From Balanoglossus misakiensis (Eukaryota; Animalia; Hemichordata), in NCBI GenBank assembly GCA_040954595.2, contig CM082594.2, forward strand, positions 4,635,319 through 4,699,318: a stretch of DNA of 64,000 nucleotides, in the 5' to 3' direction. How positions within the stretch are numbered: the stretch's first letter is position 1; every line of letters begins with the position of its first letter. Shown in pieces: positions 1 to 13,736 of this stretch. Position numbers and translations under genes: made by a program. The notes beneath the pieces are model-generated. The model was not told where the DNA came from, ran no database searches, and saw only the letters and a list, made by a program, of their open reading frames with translations.

Positions 1-116
1 TATAAGTAAACAGGTCAGAGGCATATAAAATGTATGCGTAAAAAAGGTACCAAAATTATCAGTTAATCGATGTAGCTTAAAAAGTATATATTTCTAAGGC
101 ACAGGGAATTCTGTTT

Positions 117-191
117 AACCCTTTCTAGCCTGGCTTTCTGGGAACGTACCTAAATATCTCCTTTATATACGATATCTGGCCAGAAAGGGTT
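117..191. mobile_element. Short inverted-repeat element (piggyBac-like MITE remnant)
   Basis: AACCCTTTCTAGCC (117-130) matches the reverse complement of GGCCAGAAAGGGTT (178-191) at 13/14. The left end reads TTAA-CCCTT, as in piggyBac-type termini; the right-hand TTAA is not intact. Confidence 0.45.
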
Positions 192-645
192 TTCTGTCAC
201 ATTTTATCATTTTTGCCTTTTGTACAGTTGAAGAAAAGGATTATTTAATTGTTTCAAGGGACTACCAGGGACTGCATTAATACAAGTGTTATGTTTTTCT
301 CTTTAACATCTTGCAGAGATCAAAGCAAACATTTTAAATTCATTTGATCAATATTTAATTTCAGAATAAAAGCAGTGACGTAATTACTGACGGCTTAGAT
401 TGTTTGTAACAGACACTTTGATTGATTGAGCAGCTGTGTTTGTGCCGGGTAAATCAAAAATGGATCACAAATAATGCATTTTACATGAGTTATAGCAAGA
501 TTCAGAGGTGTTAAGTTTCCGTGAAATATATAAAAAAAACCTTCCATACAATTTGTATTAGCACACCGTCAAACTAAGTTGTTTCATTTTCCTCAAGGAT
601 GTTTTTGTGCCAATGTGCATATATTTATATCCAGCTGAACTGATC

Positions 646-723
646 TGTTATGTTTGTTTATATCCCCAAACATAAAAGTCAAATATTGGCCTGTTGTTAT
701 GTTTTTTTATCCCCAGACATAAA
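646..723. repeat. Imperfect direct repeat, two ~30-bp copies about 49 bp apart
   Basis: TGTTATGTTTGTTTATATCCCCAAACATAAA (646-676) vs TGTTATGTTTTTTTATCCCCAGACATAAA (695-723). Confidence 0.75.
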
Positions 724-964
724 TGTAACTTCAAAAAGAGATTAATTCATTCAACAAGTTGTTGCAGGTTGCAGCTATTTTGAAATCTTTTTTGTTGTGC
801 ACCATGTGGCTATGGCATTACAAGAGAAAATTAGTATGCATATCAACATAAATGCTTGCATTGATCTGTGTCAATGCATTTTAAATTACAAATACCGGTA
901 CATGAAGAGTGATAATATTTTCCATATCACAGTATTAAAATTGTAATGTTGGCCACATAGCTGA

Positions 965-1136
965 ACCCCTGCATGGGTTATACCCCATCGAAACCAAAAC
1001 AATCTTTTGCGTCATTCCTGTTTTTTGTCTATAATGTACACCCCCTGCCATTGCCCTGCTGTGGCTATACCCTTTACCTGCAGGAAGGGACCATTTCTTT
1101 GCTGAAACCAGGGGGGTCGTACCACCATACAGGGGT
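965..1136. mobile_element. Possible degenerate MITE
   Basis: ACCCCTGCATGG (965-976) vs reverse complement of CCATACAGGGGT (1125-1136), 11/12, with weaker similarity extending inward; no TSD seen. Confidence 0.3.
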
Positions 1137-1709
1137 GACAGCAATAACATGGATGCATACTACTTAAGTTTAGTTCGGCCCAACTGTCACACACATTTAA
1201 GAGAAATATAGTTCAATTTTAATTATTCTTTTATGCAGAGTTATAGTTTTGTTAGGAGTGGTCCCATCTGTATCTTGCTGCCATTTATATTTACCACCAT
1301 TACAGAAGGAGACTGGTATTTTGACCTGAATGTGATAATAGCTGGTTTTATTTTGTGGTGCGTGTTGATATGTCTATAAATGTAAGGTAGCAGAGCCTTT
1401 GGTCATTTTTATCAGGCTATTAATTGAAATAGATTTAAATATATCTCATTGTAATATTGCCGGTTGCATGCTTCATATGATGGGCGCTTTGTTACTTTAT
1501 TTAAACCATAATAACCCCTACAATGTTACTGTCCTCACATGCCAGACAGAATATCAATACTCTATTCCCATTCTCTGTGTGTGTTGCTTGAAAATTATTT
1601 ATCACTGATCGGCTGGCGTTGCAACTCTGCCCCTGTGGCATGCGACGGACCACCAGTTGTGATCGATGCACCCTTCAACCGGAAAGCAGTGGATTTTTAC
1701 AATAATTAT

Positions 1710-1893
1710 CAATCTGATTAAAATCAGATGTAGAGTTGGGAGGAGCCGTCTTTCTTTTGCCGATTCGTTGCTGTTCGGAAGCACAGGTCTCTCTCTCTAT
1801 ACTCTAAGCGCCCGCAACTACAGTGTGACCTGTGTTTGGAAGTGGCCAAAGCTATCACCAGGGCCTACTCTACATCTGATTTTGATCAGATTG
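1710..1893. mobile_element. Complete 184-bp MITE with 27-bp TIRs and 9-bp target-site duplication
   Basis: Left TIR CAATCTGATTAAAATCAGATGTAGAGT (1710-1736) matches the reverse complement of 1867-1893 at 26/27. Direct repeat AATAATTAT flanks both ends (1701-1709, 1894-1902). Two more partial copies lie in the window. Confidence 0.85.
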
Positions 1894-2388
1894 AATAATT
1901 ATTACCCTTGAATACCAGGCTGCTGAAGGGTTGGATTTTTGTGTCCAATGACGATTATTAACGTTTCACATAAACCTTGAGTTACATGTACTTGTCAAAA
2001 TGTCGTGACCGACATGAAAATCGCCGGACTGGTCATGATAATTGAATCGTACCAGGGCTGCAGGAAATTATAAGACTGATCGTGTTAACTGAATTACGGC
2101 TAGAGCTGTAATATAATTAGAATATTCAGATTAGGACTGTTTTTTCTTCTGGGTTGCTGATTCCACTCTCATACACGTAAAAGAAAAAAAAGGAAATTAA
2201 CAAACATGTCGTTGCTGATGAAGATTGATTTTGTACAAGGTAGCTGTATTCATCACCTTGGATGAGGTTCAACAAAGAGGCAAAGTGACACAGGGGATGG
2301 AGGCTTGAAGATTTATCATAAAAAATAACATGGATGGCCAAACGTGACAGTGAGGGGAAAGGTTTATCTCTGCAGCTTCCCATCAACA

Positions 2389-2419
2389 CCCCCCCGAAAC
2401 CCCCCCCCCCCCCCCCCCC
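2389..2419. repeat. Interrupted poly-C tract
   Basis: C7-GAAA-C20 read directly. Confidence 0.95.
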
Positions 2420-3426
2420 GAAAAAAGAATTTGTTCAACATTCTCCACCTTACCCCCAGGTCAGTGTGAGATGCCTACACCCCTACAAAGCTCAATTTAG
2501 CATTCACAGCAGTATCTTGCAGCCTGAATGATTATATGGTCTTGAAGTTTCAAGGAATTGGCGTGGTGCATGTCAATGTGAAAAGTAGAGATTTCCTAAA
2601 AACCCTGGAGTGATATTGCGTTGAATGTTTACCTAACAACAGGATCTGTGACACGTGTGTTAATGTGCCAGTGTAGATTGGCCAAGTGAGGCTATTTTCA
2701 CCATTTCACCCCCACTTTCTTGTGCACAGACCCAGCTTTACCACACAAAACAATGGGGTTATACCAAAGGGCAGTGGCAGAGATGGGACGATCTGCCCTT
2801 TCGAAAGGAGGGTTCCCCAAATAGAACATAAACAGGTTTTGGCCAAATAACAGTTTCACGTCATGCCTTGAACTAAATGAGACATGTCTCGTGACAAAAT
2901 CTTCAGTTTTTGCTGAAACAGTTCAAGTGTACTTTCATATCACATTTAGTGGCTAACGACCATCATTGCAGGTCACTTTAATTTTCTATTTTAATAAAAA
3001 GAAAGAATGTCATACTCTTTTATGGTGTGCAGACAAAGGATGGGGGCTATAAAAATGTAAATATAATCACAAAGTATGATCAAGAAGTGACCACAATAAA
3101 ATAGCATTATTTGGCAGGTTAATTGTCATTTTTGCAGAAAAAAAATTATACACTGGTACTGCTGAAAGTTATTGGTATAGAACTAATTTAATATATTTAA
3201 TGATAGACAAATATTTTATGTTTCTTTTGTGTGGTCATAATTAAAATACACATCAAAGCAAATGAGGCAAAGAAAAATGGTGGGTGGTCTCAGAATAAAG
3301 TGTTTGTTGCAAACTTATATCTTTTTCCAAAATTGCAAATTTGATGGCATTAAGAATTTTGAAATATTTAGACCTCAATCAAAAGTACATATTTTCTGCA
3401 GTCAAATCAAACAATATACATGTATG

Positions 3427-3428
<2 letters not shown>

Positions 3429-3462
<34 letters not shown>
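3429..3462. repeat. (TG)17 microsatellite
   Basis: Read directly. Confidence 0.97.
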
Positions 3463-3463
<1 letters not shown>

Positions 3464-3480
3464 CAAGAGAATCATGTTCC

Positions 3481-3620
3481 TTTTTGACTAGAATTGTCGT
3501 TGCAGGACGAATTAAAGAAACAGATATCATGATTGTTGTTTGGGTAGATGAATGTGTGTGCAGGATGGCTTAAATTACTAAATATAAAATGATTGGAGCA
3601 CTTGAAAGAGGAAAATCTAG
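3481..3620 (+). mobile_element. Possible decayed Helentron/HINE-like non-autonomous element end
   Basis: T-run start (TTTTTGACTAG), then a short subterminal inverted repeat (AATTGTCGT..ACGAATT), then a degenerate TG-rich tract. Architecture only; no sequence match confirmed. Confidence 0.25.
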
Positions 3621-6600
3621 CCATTATCTGTCAGATAATGCCAAGCAAGCCACAATAAAATTGGATATGTTTTCAACTAAATTATTAATGGACTAATTAA
3701 AAACCATTTGAATAGATAGTGAAAGTTGTATAGACGAGAAAATCACTGTAAACAGTTTAACATGTAAAGTTTGTCTTCTACAGGCAAATACATGAAAAAA
3801 TCTAAATATTGGTCGATTGTCATTTTACCTGTTGCCATGACAGCTTTTGACTGGTGTCATGAGAGGATTGCTTTCCCTGGTGACTGTTGCTAAGGCAAAT
3901 CCGAGATGCTGTCTTCAGAATATGTAAAAGTTCATCCCCAAAGTGAGTTAGAATTTCCACTTGATTTGTCTACAGTGTTTTCACCCATAATTGTATTGGG
4001 CCTTTCTAAACTAGAAACCTGTCATCCCCATCAGAGAGTGCTCTCATAACCTGTACATTGGGCATGACGTACCATCAATGACACTGAGTGTGTTTTCTCA
4101 GTTGCTTTAGACACTAAATCGACAGGTATAAATTAGACTCAGTCAATGGGACTTTGTTTTCTCAGTCTGTTTAGACAAATGAATGGACAGGCACACAAAG
4201 AAATCCGCAAAGTGTCTGAAGAGGCTTTAAGCTGTCTGTCTCTGAGAGATGGGAGCTTTGTTTCTTCTGATGACACGGGGCTTTGTGGGACGCTTGACAG
4301 GGGTGTTTGAAAAGTGACGCTTAATGGATGTGGAAAGTCATTGACTGGAGCTGTAGAGAATGTCCTTAATGATCCGCTGGGTCTTTTAGAAGATTCGCCG
4401 AATGACGTGTCGGTTGCTCTGAGTTGGAGAATTAACATGTGATGATTGGTAGTACCAATGTGTCTGTAGAGAGATGCCTGGTCATGTGATCACCAACTCG
4501 GCTGTTCATTGGTGGGAAAGGTTCTTGACCAGGACATGCATACATGTGCACAACAAGATGGTGTAAACAAAATATTGAACTGAGATACAGCAAGATCAGT
4601 GTAAGATATCAGGAAGTAAACTTCTGAAATACAATACTGACTTTGACTATAATCTTTCAGCGTGTCTTTCTTTTTCCTCATTCTCTAAATTCTTACAAGC
4701 CCATATTTCTTGGTTAAATCCACACAAAAAGTCTGATTCCCTGCAGGAAGTTTTGATTATAGTAATAAATAATGTACTTTCCAATGATGAATGGTGGAAG
4801 AACTTTGGCCGGTACTTTTCACTTAAAACTCACATTCCATAGTTGTTTACAAGAAAGACATCCACGTATGACGTGATGGATATCAAGTTCATGTGGGGTG
4901 AAATGTACAAACACAAAGTTCAAAGCTGGCACTTCACAGAAAAATGTGGAGTCATGATAACAAACAAAGGCTGGTAGAAGGATATGATGATCCAATTGTA
5001 TCCTATTATCTGTTCTGTCTTGTCATGGTTCTGCCAAACATTTTTGGCAGAGCTGAAAAAAGTCAAAACAAATACTAGAGCCATGTCAGTTCTGCTCTAT
5101 GACCTTGCAAGCAGGGTCATACTGGTACAAATGTGTACATGTATAACCCATGGACAAATACAGGAGTGACATAGACCAGCATCCCAAAACTCTCTTAAAC
5201 CATTTCCGCTGTGCACTAGTACCACTTAAGAAGTAAGGCCGAAAGCCAGGCGAATGATAAGCAGACACGTTTTAGGGGACTGACATACATGTACATGTAC
5301 CATGCATGCAGATTTTGTTATCAAACAATCGAGATACAAGTCATAGTGAAGAACTCCAGCGACCCCAGCCCCTTTGGCTGATATATAATACAACATCCTG
5401 TCCCCCTGGTAAATAGTCTGTGTTAATGCAGCTACTCTTGCTGTTGTTTGCATTTGAAATACTAAATTCAAGATATGACAACATAAACAGGTTGTGTTGA
5501 CTGGCAAAGAGTGGTTGCTTCAACATGCTTTAGGGATTACAGACCAAAAATAAACCTGGGAACAAAGATAAAAAGTTCTCAAAATGTCAAAAGTTACTGG
5601 TACTGGCCCTTTAAACTAGCTCAACCCAGGTCAACTTTGAATAGGCTTTGTAGTTAATCCATTGTTGTGACTTTATTTTTGTTTTATTCAATAATGCCTG
5701 TTTACAGTCTCCCGGCAACAGGCTCCTTGAATGTTTATCTTTTGTCAATGTTGATCGAGTGTCTGGATTACTGAATCTGTTGTCAGGATATATGGTTGAT
5801 TGGTTGGGTTATAGAGCACACATACAGCTATGCTTCGTGATGGTTATTCATGAATATGAACTATCCTAAACTAATGTCACAACTTTCAAGACAGTTAACA
5901 TTCATAGTACTATATCGAAATAAAAAGGGTCTTACAGCGAGTTTTTAATACTCGATAAAATCGCTAAAAAATTGATGAAAAAAATACTTTTCATGCTGAG
6001 TACCAACTTGTTTGATGATTTTGGTTTCTGGTTCCATTCTGATTCTCAGCCGTTCAGGACTATGATCATCACTTAAACTAAGCAAATCATAGAATCTGAT
6101 ATCGATGATATCTGAACGTTTGAGAAAAAACAAGTCTGTCCTCCCAATTGGCGAACCCACTCACGGAATCTTCCCTGTCTAGCAGAGTCATCTTGGTGAC
6201 ATTTGTAATGGCGTTTTAAGACCCCGTCACCGTCCGGAAGTGGGGTATATTCACAGCGCGTTGACAAGCCGGGACACTTTGCCTGTCTTCTCAGGTGAAA
6301 GTTCTGACAGGTTGCGTATGCTTTCAAAGCCCGTCAAAGTTGCTCTCCCACTCCTCAAGACAATAGAGAAGCCCTCGATTATCCCTCAACGCGGCCTCGG
6401 TTTCAGCGCTGCTCCACTCGTCTGCCCTGTGAATTACTGTCCTAGTCTCTTTTGTCAACCGCTTGAAGTCTCTCTCTCTTCACAAAGTAAGGAATTTGTA
6501 ACAGTCCAGGTGGGATCACAATGCCTGAATCCGGAATTGAGACCATGAGTTCTCGGAGCACTTAAATCTTTGGATCTTTTGAAAAACATATTTATTATAG

Positions 6601-6877
6601 TACTGTCTTCTTAAAGAAAAAAAATTACAAAACCAAAACTGTACATAACACTGCATTTGAGTCATATAAATGTCTGCTTTATGTCCTTTTAAAAAAAATG
6701 ACAAAACAACTATTTTTTTGGTGATAGCTAGCATGTTTTATAATGGCAACCTGGTTTGAGCTGACTGCATAGTAACCAGCCTACCAACCCCTACAGTTCT
6801 GTTTGCACACACTTACCTAGTTGTCAATTTTTTGATGAAATCTTGAGATTAAACCAGACAATATAAACAAACAAATG

Positions 6878-6974
6878 ATAGTGTAGAGAGGCAGACATCC
6901 AAGAACAGAACAGCAAAGAACCAGAAAAGTAAATTAATGTAAAGTCAACTCTACATCTGATTTTAATCAGATTG
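6878..6974 (-). mobile_element. Partial second copy of the 1710-1893 MITE family, inverted
   Basis: 6948-6974 is the exact reverse complement (27/27) of the left TIR. The interior still aligns loosely (CTTTTCTGGTTCTTTGCTGTTC vs CTTTTGCCGATTCGTTGCTGTTC). Confidence 0.8.
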
Positions 6975-8542
6975 GCCGAGGATTTAGTGTCCAGGGTGTG
7001 ACAGTCCACCATTTGAACGCAGACTGAAAAGGACTGTATCGTTCAGTTTGCACAGGTGTGTCTTTTTCCAGTGTTCCATGATGAGCTGAAGACTAAAAAA
7101 ATATGGACAGGTATCCAGTTTACCCACAGTCTGGTGTAAACACGGTTCACTGTCCTTCATCTGAACTCAAAGCGAACGCTACACGTACACTTAAAATTCA
7201 ATCAAGCAACTAAAAATTCATACTGTATTTTGTTGTCATTCCTAACACCACGGTCAGTTTATAGATTTATTTCTAACTAGATGTTGTCAGTTTTCTTCTC
7301 CCTCCATCATCATTGATTTCCCCATCTCCCTTGATTCCAGGGGGGGGAAAACATTGCGTTTTTTTTCTTCGCGTGATTTATATTTGTGAGCTCGTTAAAT
7401 TTACAGCAGAGCCTAACCGAGCCCGACTGGCTTCTTGGAGAATTTGATTTGTAAATTAAGACGCATCGCCTTTCAAACGACAAGTAGCCTAGGTGTGAAG
7501 TGAGAATTATGTGTCAGTTCGTTCAGCCGAGTTGTTACGAAATTTGGCGTGACAGCAAGGGATCGCAGTGGCACCGCAGCGCTGCGAGTACGTGCTGAGG
7601 CAACTTCGCGGTGGTCGATCAACTCCGGCATTTTATCCTGGGAAAAGAGTGTTGAACCCCATTTTAGAAGAAATCCTCGCTCCGAAAGTGCACTTAACAT
7701 ATTCTCAGTGCTTGACAAAAACAATGATCTGGTTTGGCAAATTATTAACACGTCTGCTGTCGTGCGATCGCCGCGATCATCGCGGACTGACTTTTGTGCG
7801 GTCTGATTGGCTCGTTAGCCGCTGATCAGCTGCCAGGCATGATGGGTAATTTCTGAATCAAGCTCCATTTGAAGTTTAAGCAGTTCAGAGTATGCCTAGT
7901 TATACTCTAAGGCAGTAATCTTTTCAAACTTAAGATCACAAAAAAGGCCAGAAATTACGTCAGAAACTTTTTTGCTAGTAAATGTTGTTGTCCGAGAACA
8001 ATTTTTTTATTGACAAGTAAAGCTGAAACTTATTTTAATATTGTCAAAATAGACCTGCAGCTTGTTTATAATTTGTGAGTGAAGTTCGGGAGTTGACATT
8101 AATGTGTTGCTGCAGAGATGTAAAAAAAAAAATTGAAGGGTATCAGATGAATGAAATTAATTCATTTTTGTCCCATTGTTTGCCATGACATATCATTTGA
8201 GTGCACCTTCGTTTCTGTAATATTTGGTAAGTTTCAGTCAGCAGATTTGACTTGAGTCTAATGTAATACAACCCACATCAGGCTGAATGCATGATGGAAA
8301 AAAAGCTCTGATTTCTAATCCCTTATATTTACCCCATGAGCACAAATTTTGAAAGTAGGATTATCTAAGCTTGTAAGTTGACAAGTTGGTTTCAGGCCTC
8401 AGTCAGAACAGTAATAAGTGTACTTTCTCAATTTACTTGTGATGTCTATGGTACGGTCACTGAATCCTATAGAGTAGATGTAGTTGATCTACATACATAA
8501 CAATGTAAAAAGTTTTGTTGCTCGTTCCTTTAAGGTGATGTG

Positions 8543-8685
8543 TGAGAGGGAGGGAGGGGTGAAAGATAGAATGTGTCATGCTGGGGGGGGGGGGGGGAGA
8601 TGGAGGGGAAAGGATGAGAAGAGAGAGGGAGATTAACAGATCAACAGGCAGACTTATAGATAGACAGATAGATCAAGTGACAGAC
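8543..8685. repeat. Purine-rich low-complexity tract with G15 and degenerate GATA/GACA repeats
   Basis: GGAG repeats, G run 8583-8597, GA repeats, ATAGATAGACAGATAGAT. Confidence 0.85.
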
Positions 8686-11600
8686 GGTGAGAATATTTAT
8701 AAACTCTCTTTTCTGATCGTCCTTGCCAGTGAAGTAACATGTAAGATGATACAATGTGCTATCAAATTAACCAGCAGTTTCTCTGATCACACTTTCCTGA
8801 ACTGAGAATTCGATTGTGGCTGTGTCATGGACATCATTTGGCAGACACTACAGAGATGTGTTTATGAATAAGGTTTCACTCTGTCAACTGTGCAGTCATT
8901 TTCTGTATTTTAGTCGTTCGAAAAGTGGCTTCCAGCTGCTCTCCTGAACATTGTCAATTGAGATACTTGTGTCTCTTTTAACAAAGTCAGTCGCACATGA
9001 TTGATTGAATCATGGAAAATATTGCGCTTTGGAAAGTGTTAGAAAGTGTTGTGTTAAATTATTTTATGTGTGTGTGGACAGTGTGTTGGTAAAATCATGC
9101 ATACAACAATGATGGGGTGTCTCGATAGATATGATTGATAACATTCCTTGATGAGTAAGATTTAATTTCTCAAATGTCTAGAAGATGAAGGTGCGTGGGC
9201 TGTTATGAGCTCACTCAGATCTTCAGAAAAACAAAACAACTTAAGAAAACAATACTGTAGGGTCATGGTGACCTTCCCAATGTCGCCGCCAATGACAAGC
9301 AGTGAGGCATTGTGGGTAAGATTTATTGGCAGTGAAAGGTTACTGAGGACATCTATTTCACTTTGAGCAAATACAAAATACGCCCAAATAACATGATAAG
9401 GGTCTCTTCTTTTCCCAGTTTCTGGCGTTGTTTTCATCCATGTTTAGGAGTTATATGTAACTGCGGTTTATCGTATTTTCATGTTTTGTGTATCTTCATG
9501 TCAGAGGATTATACATGCAGGTATAGATAAGAAAAATCCTTACTTTGAATTGAATGTGGAGTCACAGTATTGATTGGCGATAATGGGAATGCCCCTATCA
9601 TCAATTAAGAGTGCCATGTCGGTCACTGATATACAACTGTTCAAGTCAGCATATCGTTTCGTTGCATAAATCTTAGACATATGTGGTGCTGTTGTGACAA
9701 TTAAGGTCAAGGATGCTGTACGTAGGCTGAATATCTAGACATGGTGTACGTATTAGGACTGTCGCTCGTAGGCAGAGAAACGAGAGTTCCGATACAAAAT
9801 GGAGATTCCAGACTAACGATGCAGGTATTATAGACACCCACGCAGTGTTTACTCGCTCGCCGGCAATGTTCTCTTCCGTGACCTAAACAGATAAGAAAAT
9901 ACTGGCACATCTGTGGTGTTTGCAAAGAACTAAGAGTTTATTCCCAGCTGCAAAAGCTTTGAAATTACCACCAGATTCTGGCTGATATTGACAAGCTTTA
10001 TGGAATTCACAATTTTTGTGGTCAGGATGATAAAATACATGATTTATGTGGTCCGTATTGTGAAATATGCAATTTGTGGTCGGTTTCATGAAATACACAC
10101 TTTGTGGTCATTATTTCTTTTGATGAGTGGGTAAAAAGAGCAATATTAGGGTCCTGTCTCTTTTTTGAATAAACAAAATGATAATTTCAGAGGATGAGAA
10201 TGTTACTTTCCAGGTGAAAGTTACAATTGTTGGATGTTATGCATGGCCACTAGATAGAACGTGAGCCCTGAGCTTTGTCAACTGAAAATTTGGATTGTCA
10301 AATTTGCCAATGATGTACAGAGCATCAATGTCAATATTTTCAGAAAATTAGCCGAATGAGCACAGGCAGGTCAGCTGTATTGCAAACATCATGTGAGGGA
10401 GTTTGAATTTTCATGTCAAGAAGCATTGGCTGTGATGTGGGACGTTTGAAATGCTAAGTACAGAGAACGTACGGTACTTTGAAATATTGCGCAGCCTCGA
10501 CGCAAATAGAATGCCGCTGCACCATATGCCGTAATAGTAATTGATAACCCAGTGATTTATAGTCGGGTTGCCCTCCTGCCGCTTGTATTCCTGTGCATTG
10601 TAAATTTCACTTTTAGCCGTGTGCTATTTCTGGTGTCTGCCAGGTTTCTTCCATGATCCTTGTCATAATTAGGTTGCCTGGATCTGTGATGTTACCATTA
10701 TGTAGGAGTCACATGTGTTGAAATAATTTTTCTATGATCGCGAAAAATTTTTTTTTTACAACTATGTTGTACATGTCACTGATAATATATATATATCCAG
10801 AGAATGTAACACGTTAATGTAAGATGCATTAATCTTGCGTCTGTCAGCTGACTTCAGCATGTTATTAAGAGATTGGTATTGACGGCAAGTCGGTTCCGAG
10901 ACCCGGGCGACTTTATCAGAAATTCCTGAACCCCGGCCGTATCAGCGATGATGATCAAACACGCACATATACACAACTTCGGCGTATCCTGCTTAATGTA
11001 CCGAACACCTGTTACCGTAGCGATAGCAACTCTTAACTCATCTGTGAACATCTCCCGATGATTATCGCCTCGATTAATGGAGTGATCAACAAGAAAGAAA
11101 TGTCTGATGATCAGAGCCGGCCATCACAGGAAGCGGGTTTTCTTTGTGGGTAGATCTAGCTTTGCAGCATGTTGCGTGACGTCCTTGCGAGATATGAGAA
11201 TTTGACGGCCCCTTCACAGAGTCGAATACCTCTACCTTTATCTCAGCTTTACCGTTGTCTCTTTGAAATCACCTCCAAGGTTTTTTTTTCCAAAACAAAA
11301 TTTGGCTTGGCGTGTTTTTTTTCAATGGAATTAGCTAGGCCACCCAGTAGAGTATATGATTCTCATATCTAGATAGAATATCTTGGTGTCAAAATTAATT
11401 AGCTGTTTTTGTGTTATGATATAGATCATTGGAGTCATTACCCAGTCTGCAAAGATCATATCTCATCGCCGGCCAAATTTAAGCGATACACAAGTAGTTC
11501 GTTTGTGCAATATTACGTGAATTGGATCTAAGATTTCCTCCCAGTTTTTCATGAGTTGGGCTAATTATATGTCATTGCAAGGTTCCTTTGACACTGAATA

Positions 11601-13705
11601 CATCCGGGAATGTCCTGATTCCTAAAACTACTCCTGCAAAAAGACTCTGGAAGTTCTGACGGAAAAGAAATTTAGTCCTGGAAATTTAGCTTAACGGTCA
11701 GAAAAGCCTCATTGTTATGAAAAAAAGTTGAAAGTTCTGCAGAGTGACTCCTGGAGGATGTTTTTTTGACATGCAATTCTGGGAAAAATTTCCCGGAACG
11801 CAATGAGATTTTGACTTAATATTTTAAAAGTATGTATCGAGTCATTGATATCCCCCCTGACAATTAAGTTGAGGAAAATTGATTCACCTTAGCTCAAAGT
11901 TATCATAAAATGTGTATTATCATGAAATATTTTGACTCAATTACTGTATAAGAACTAGTACTGGAAAGTGACATTATTAACCTCAAATAGTTGTGGAATA
12001 TCACTTAAAACATTCTTGGAAAGACCTGGAATTTTGAGTAATTCTGATCATATGAACTCATTTCAAGTCAACATCAATTTTGATAACACACATGTACCAG
12101 CTCGGTGAACCAGATTCTAACTGTTCTAAAATTGATGGTGTTGAGGTGATAGCAACAGTTGCTAAGGAAAACCGTCCAAACGAATGAAAATGCTAAGTTT
12201 TGTTGATTTTCTTTGAATGAGGAAGCATACAGGATCCCTTAACCGGAACAGACCCTGATTTTTCATGCTGTTGGCTAGTAATGTCACAACTATGCACATG
12301 TTCACAGCTTTATATCATAATGCCTCATTTCCTATAAATGTGTATCGAATTTCCTGAAATTTCGAAATTTAATACATAAGATACCTATTCAGGATTCTAA
12401 AACGAATGTAATGGATACTTTCATTCAGAGAATCGAGATATAGGCAGCTGTGCACATGTAAGGGACAAAAGTGCGATCGTTTGGAAATGTTTTGGATATT
12501 TTTTGTTTTGTGTGGGAACTTGATGATCTTGTTCTGTAGCCTGCTGCGCAAGTAACTGTTTGAAACTAGAGCTGTAGTTAATACATACCACTTATATAAA
12601 GCATACCTGTATAATTACTTCTTTGCCACGGAAGCTATTTATATGATCTGTGTAGATTATTATAGTCACATGAGGGGATTCTGTGGTGGTGGAGATGTTG
12701 TCTCCAAATATGACTGTTTTTTTCCAAATGATGAGTGAGACAGCATGATGAGTGACATCTTTGACTTACAACAGTAAAATTTATATGTAATTTGGTGGCC
12801 TAGCTTAATTACCATACATTTGAAAATATCACTTTTGGTCAGTCTGGGCCGGTGTAGCATGCTACATGTACAAATGCATGTAGCAAGGTACTAAGCTTTT
12901 ACTCATCCCAGACACCAGGTGCCACCACTGTGGTTGAACAAGGCCTATACTGTAATTGTAATTCTTTTCTGCTTGTTTCTTGGACCAGCTAATCTGCTTA
13001 TCAGTTATCTGCTTATACCTTGAAAGTTGAATGATAATGATTGTTGAACCTGTCATGGTGTCATATCAGAATGCGGAACAGCATTCAGTATATTTAATAC
13101 CAGATCAAATAAAATTAACTAAAACAGTGTCAAAAGTTAGCCACTTCAATCTTCTCATTAAAGTATTCCTATCTTGCATTGTATTATTTCATCAAGATAG
13201 TGCCAGTTCCTAGCTGAAAATTACAATATTTCTCCTGGCTAGGATCCGGTTGCACCTCTTGTACAGTACTTTGTCATGGGCCCAGAGATGGGTGTATAAT
13301 TCATCAACTGTTTTGTAAATAATATACATTATAACAAATGCAATAATACTCCTTTGGCTAATTTAACGTGTAAATTACCAGAGCCATTTGCAAACTTTTG
13401 CAAGATCTGGTCCTATGTTATCCCAAGTTTTACACGATTGTTCAGGCTTCTGGGATGTTTTGAGAAATTCAGTTAGGAGTGAGGGAAACCATTTTCATTT
13501 TCTCATTTATGTGCACGGACAGTATCAGCAGATACTATGAATTACTGTGAATGTGGTAAAAGTAACACCTCCAAAAATGGAATGTCAATTAAAAAGGCAT
13601 GACATTGAACAAGAAATAATATGTTCATGTCACCGATCTGTCAGTATGGATAATATGTAATCATTCAGTCATCATCATGTATTTCATTCTCGCCATTCAG
13701 TACCC

Positions 13706-13736
13706 GTTTCCCTTAGAAACTGTTGCCTCTAGCAAC
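13706..13736. promoter_or_regulatory. Tandem RFX X-box pair
   Basis: GTTTCC-CTT-AGAAAC (13706-13720) and GTTGCC-TCT-AGCAAC (13722-13736) fit the X-box pattern GTYNCY-N0-3-RGNAAC. Function untested. Confidence 0.45.

Noticed and set aside
11590-12035. Recurring CTGGAA/CCGGGAA words, suggesting a hAT-like remnant
   Set aside because: Too degenerate; no TIR pair or TSD could be defined.
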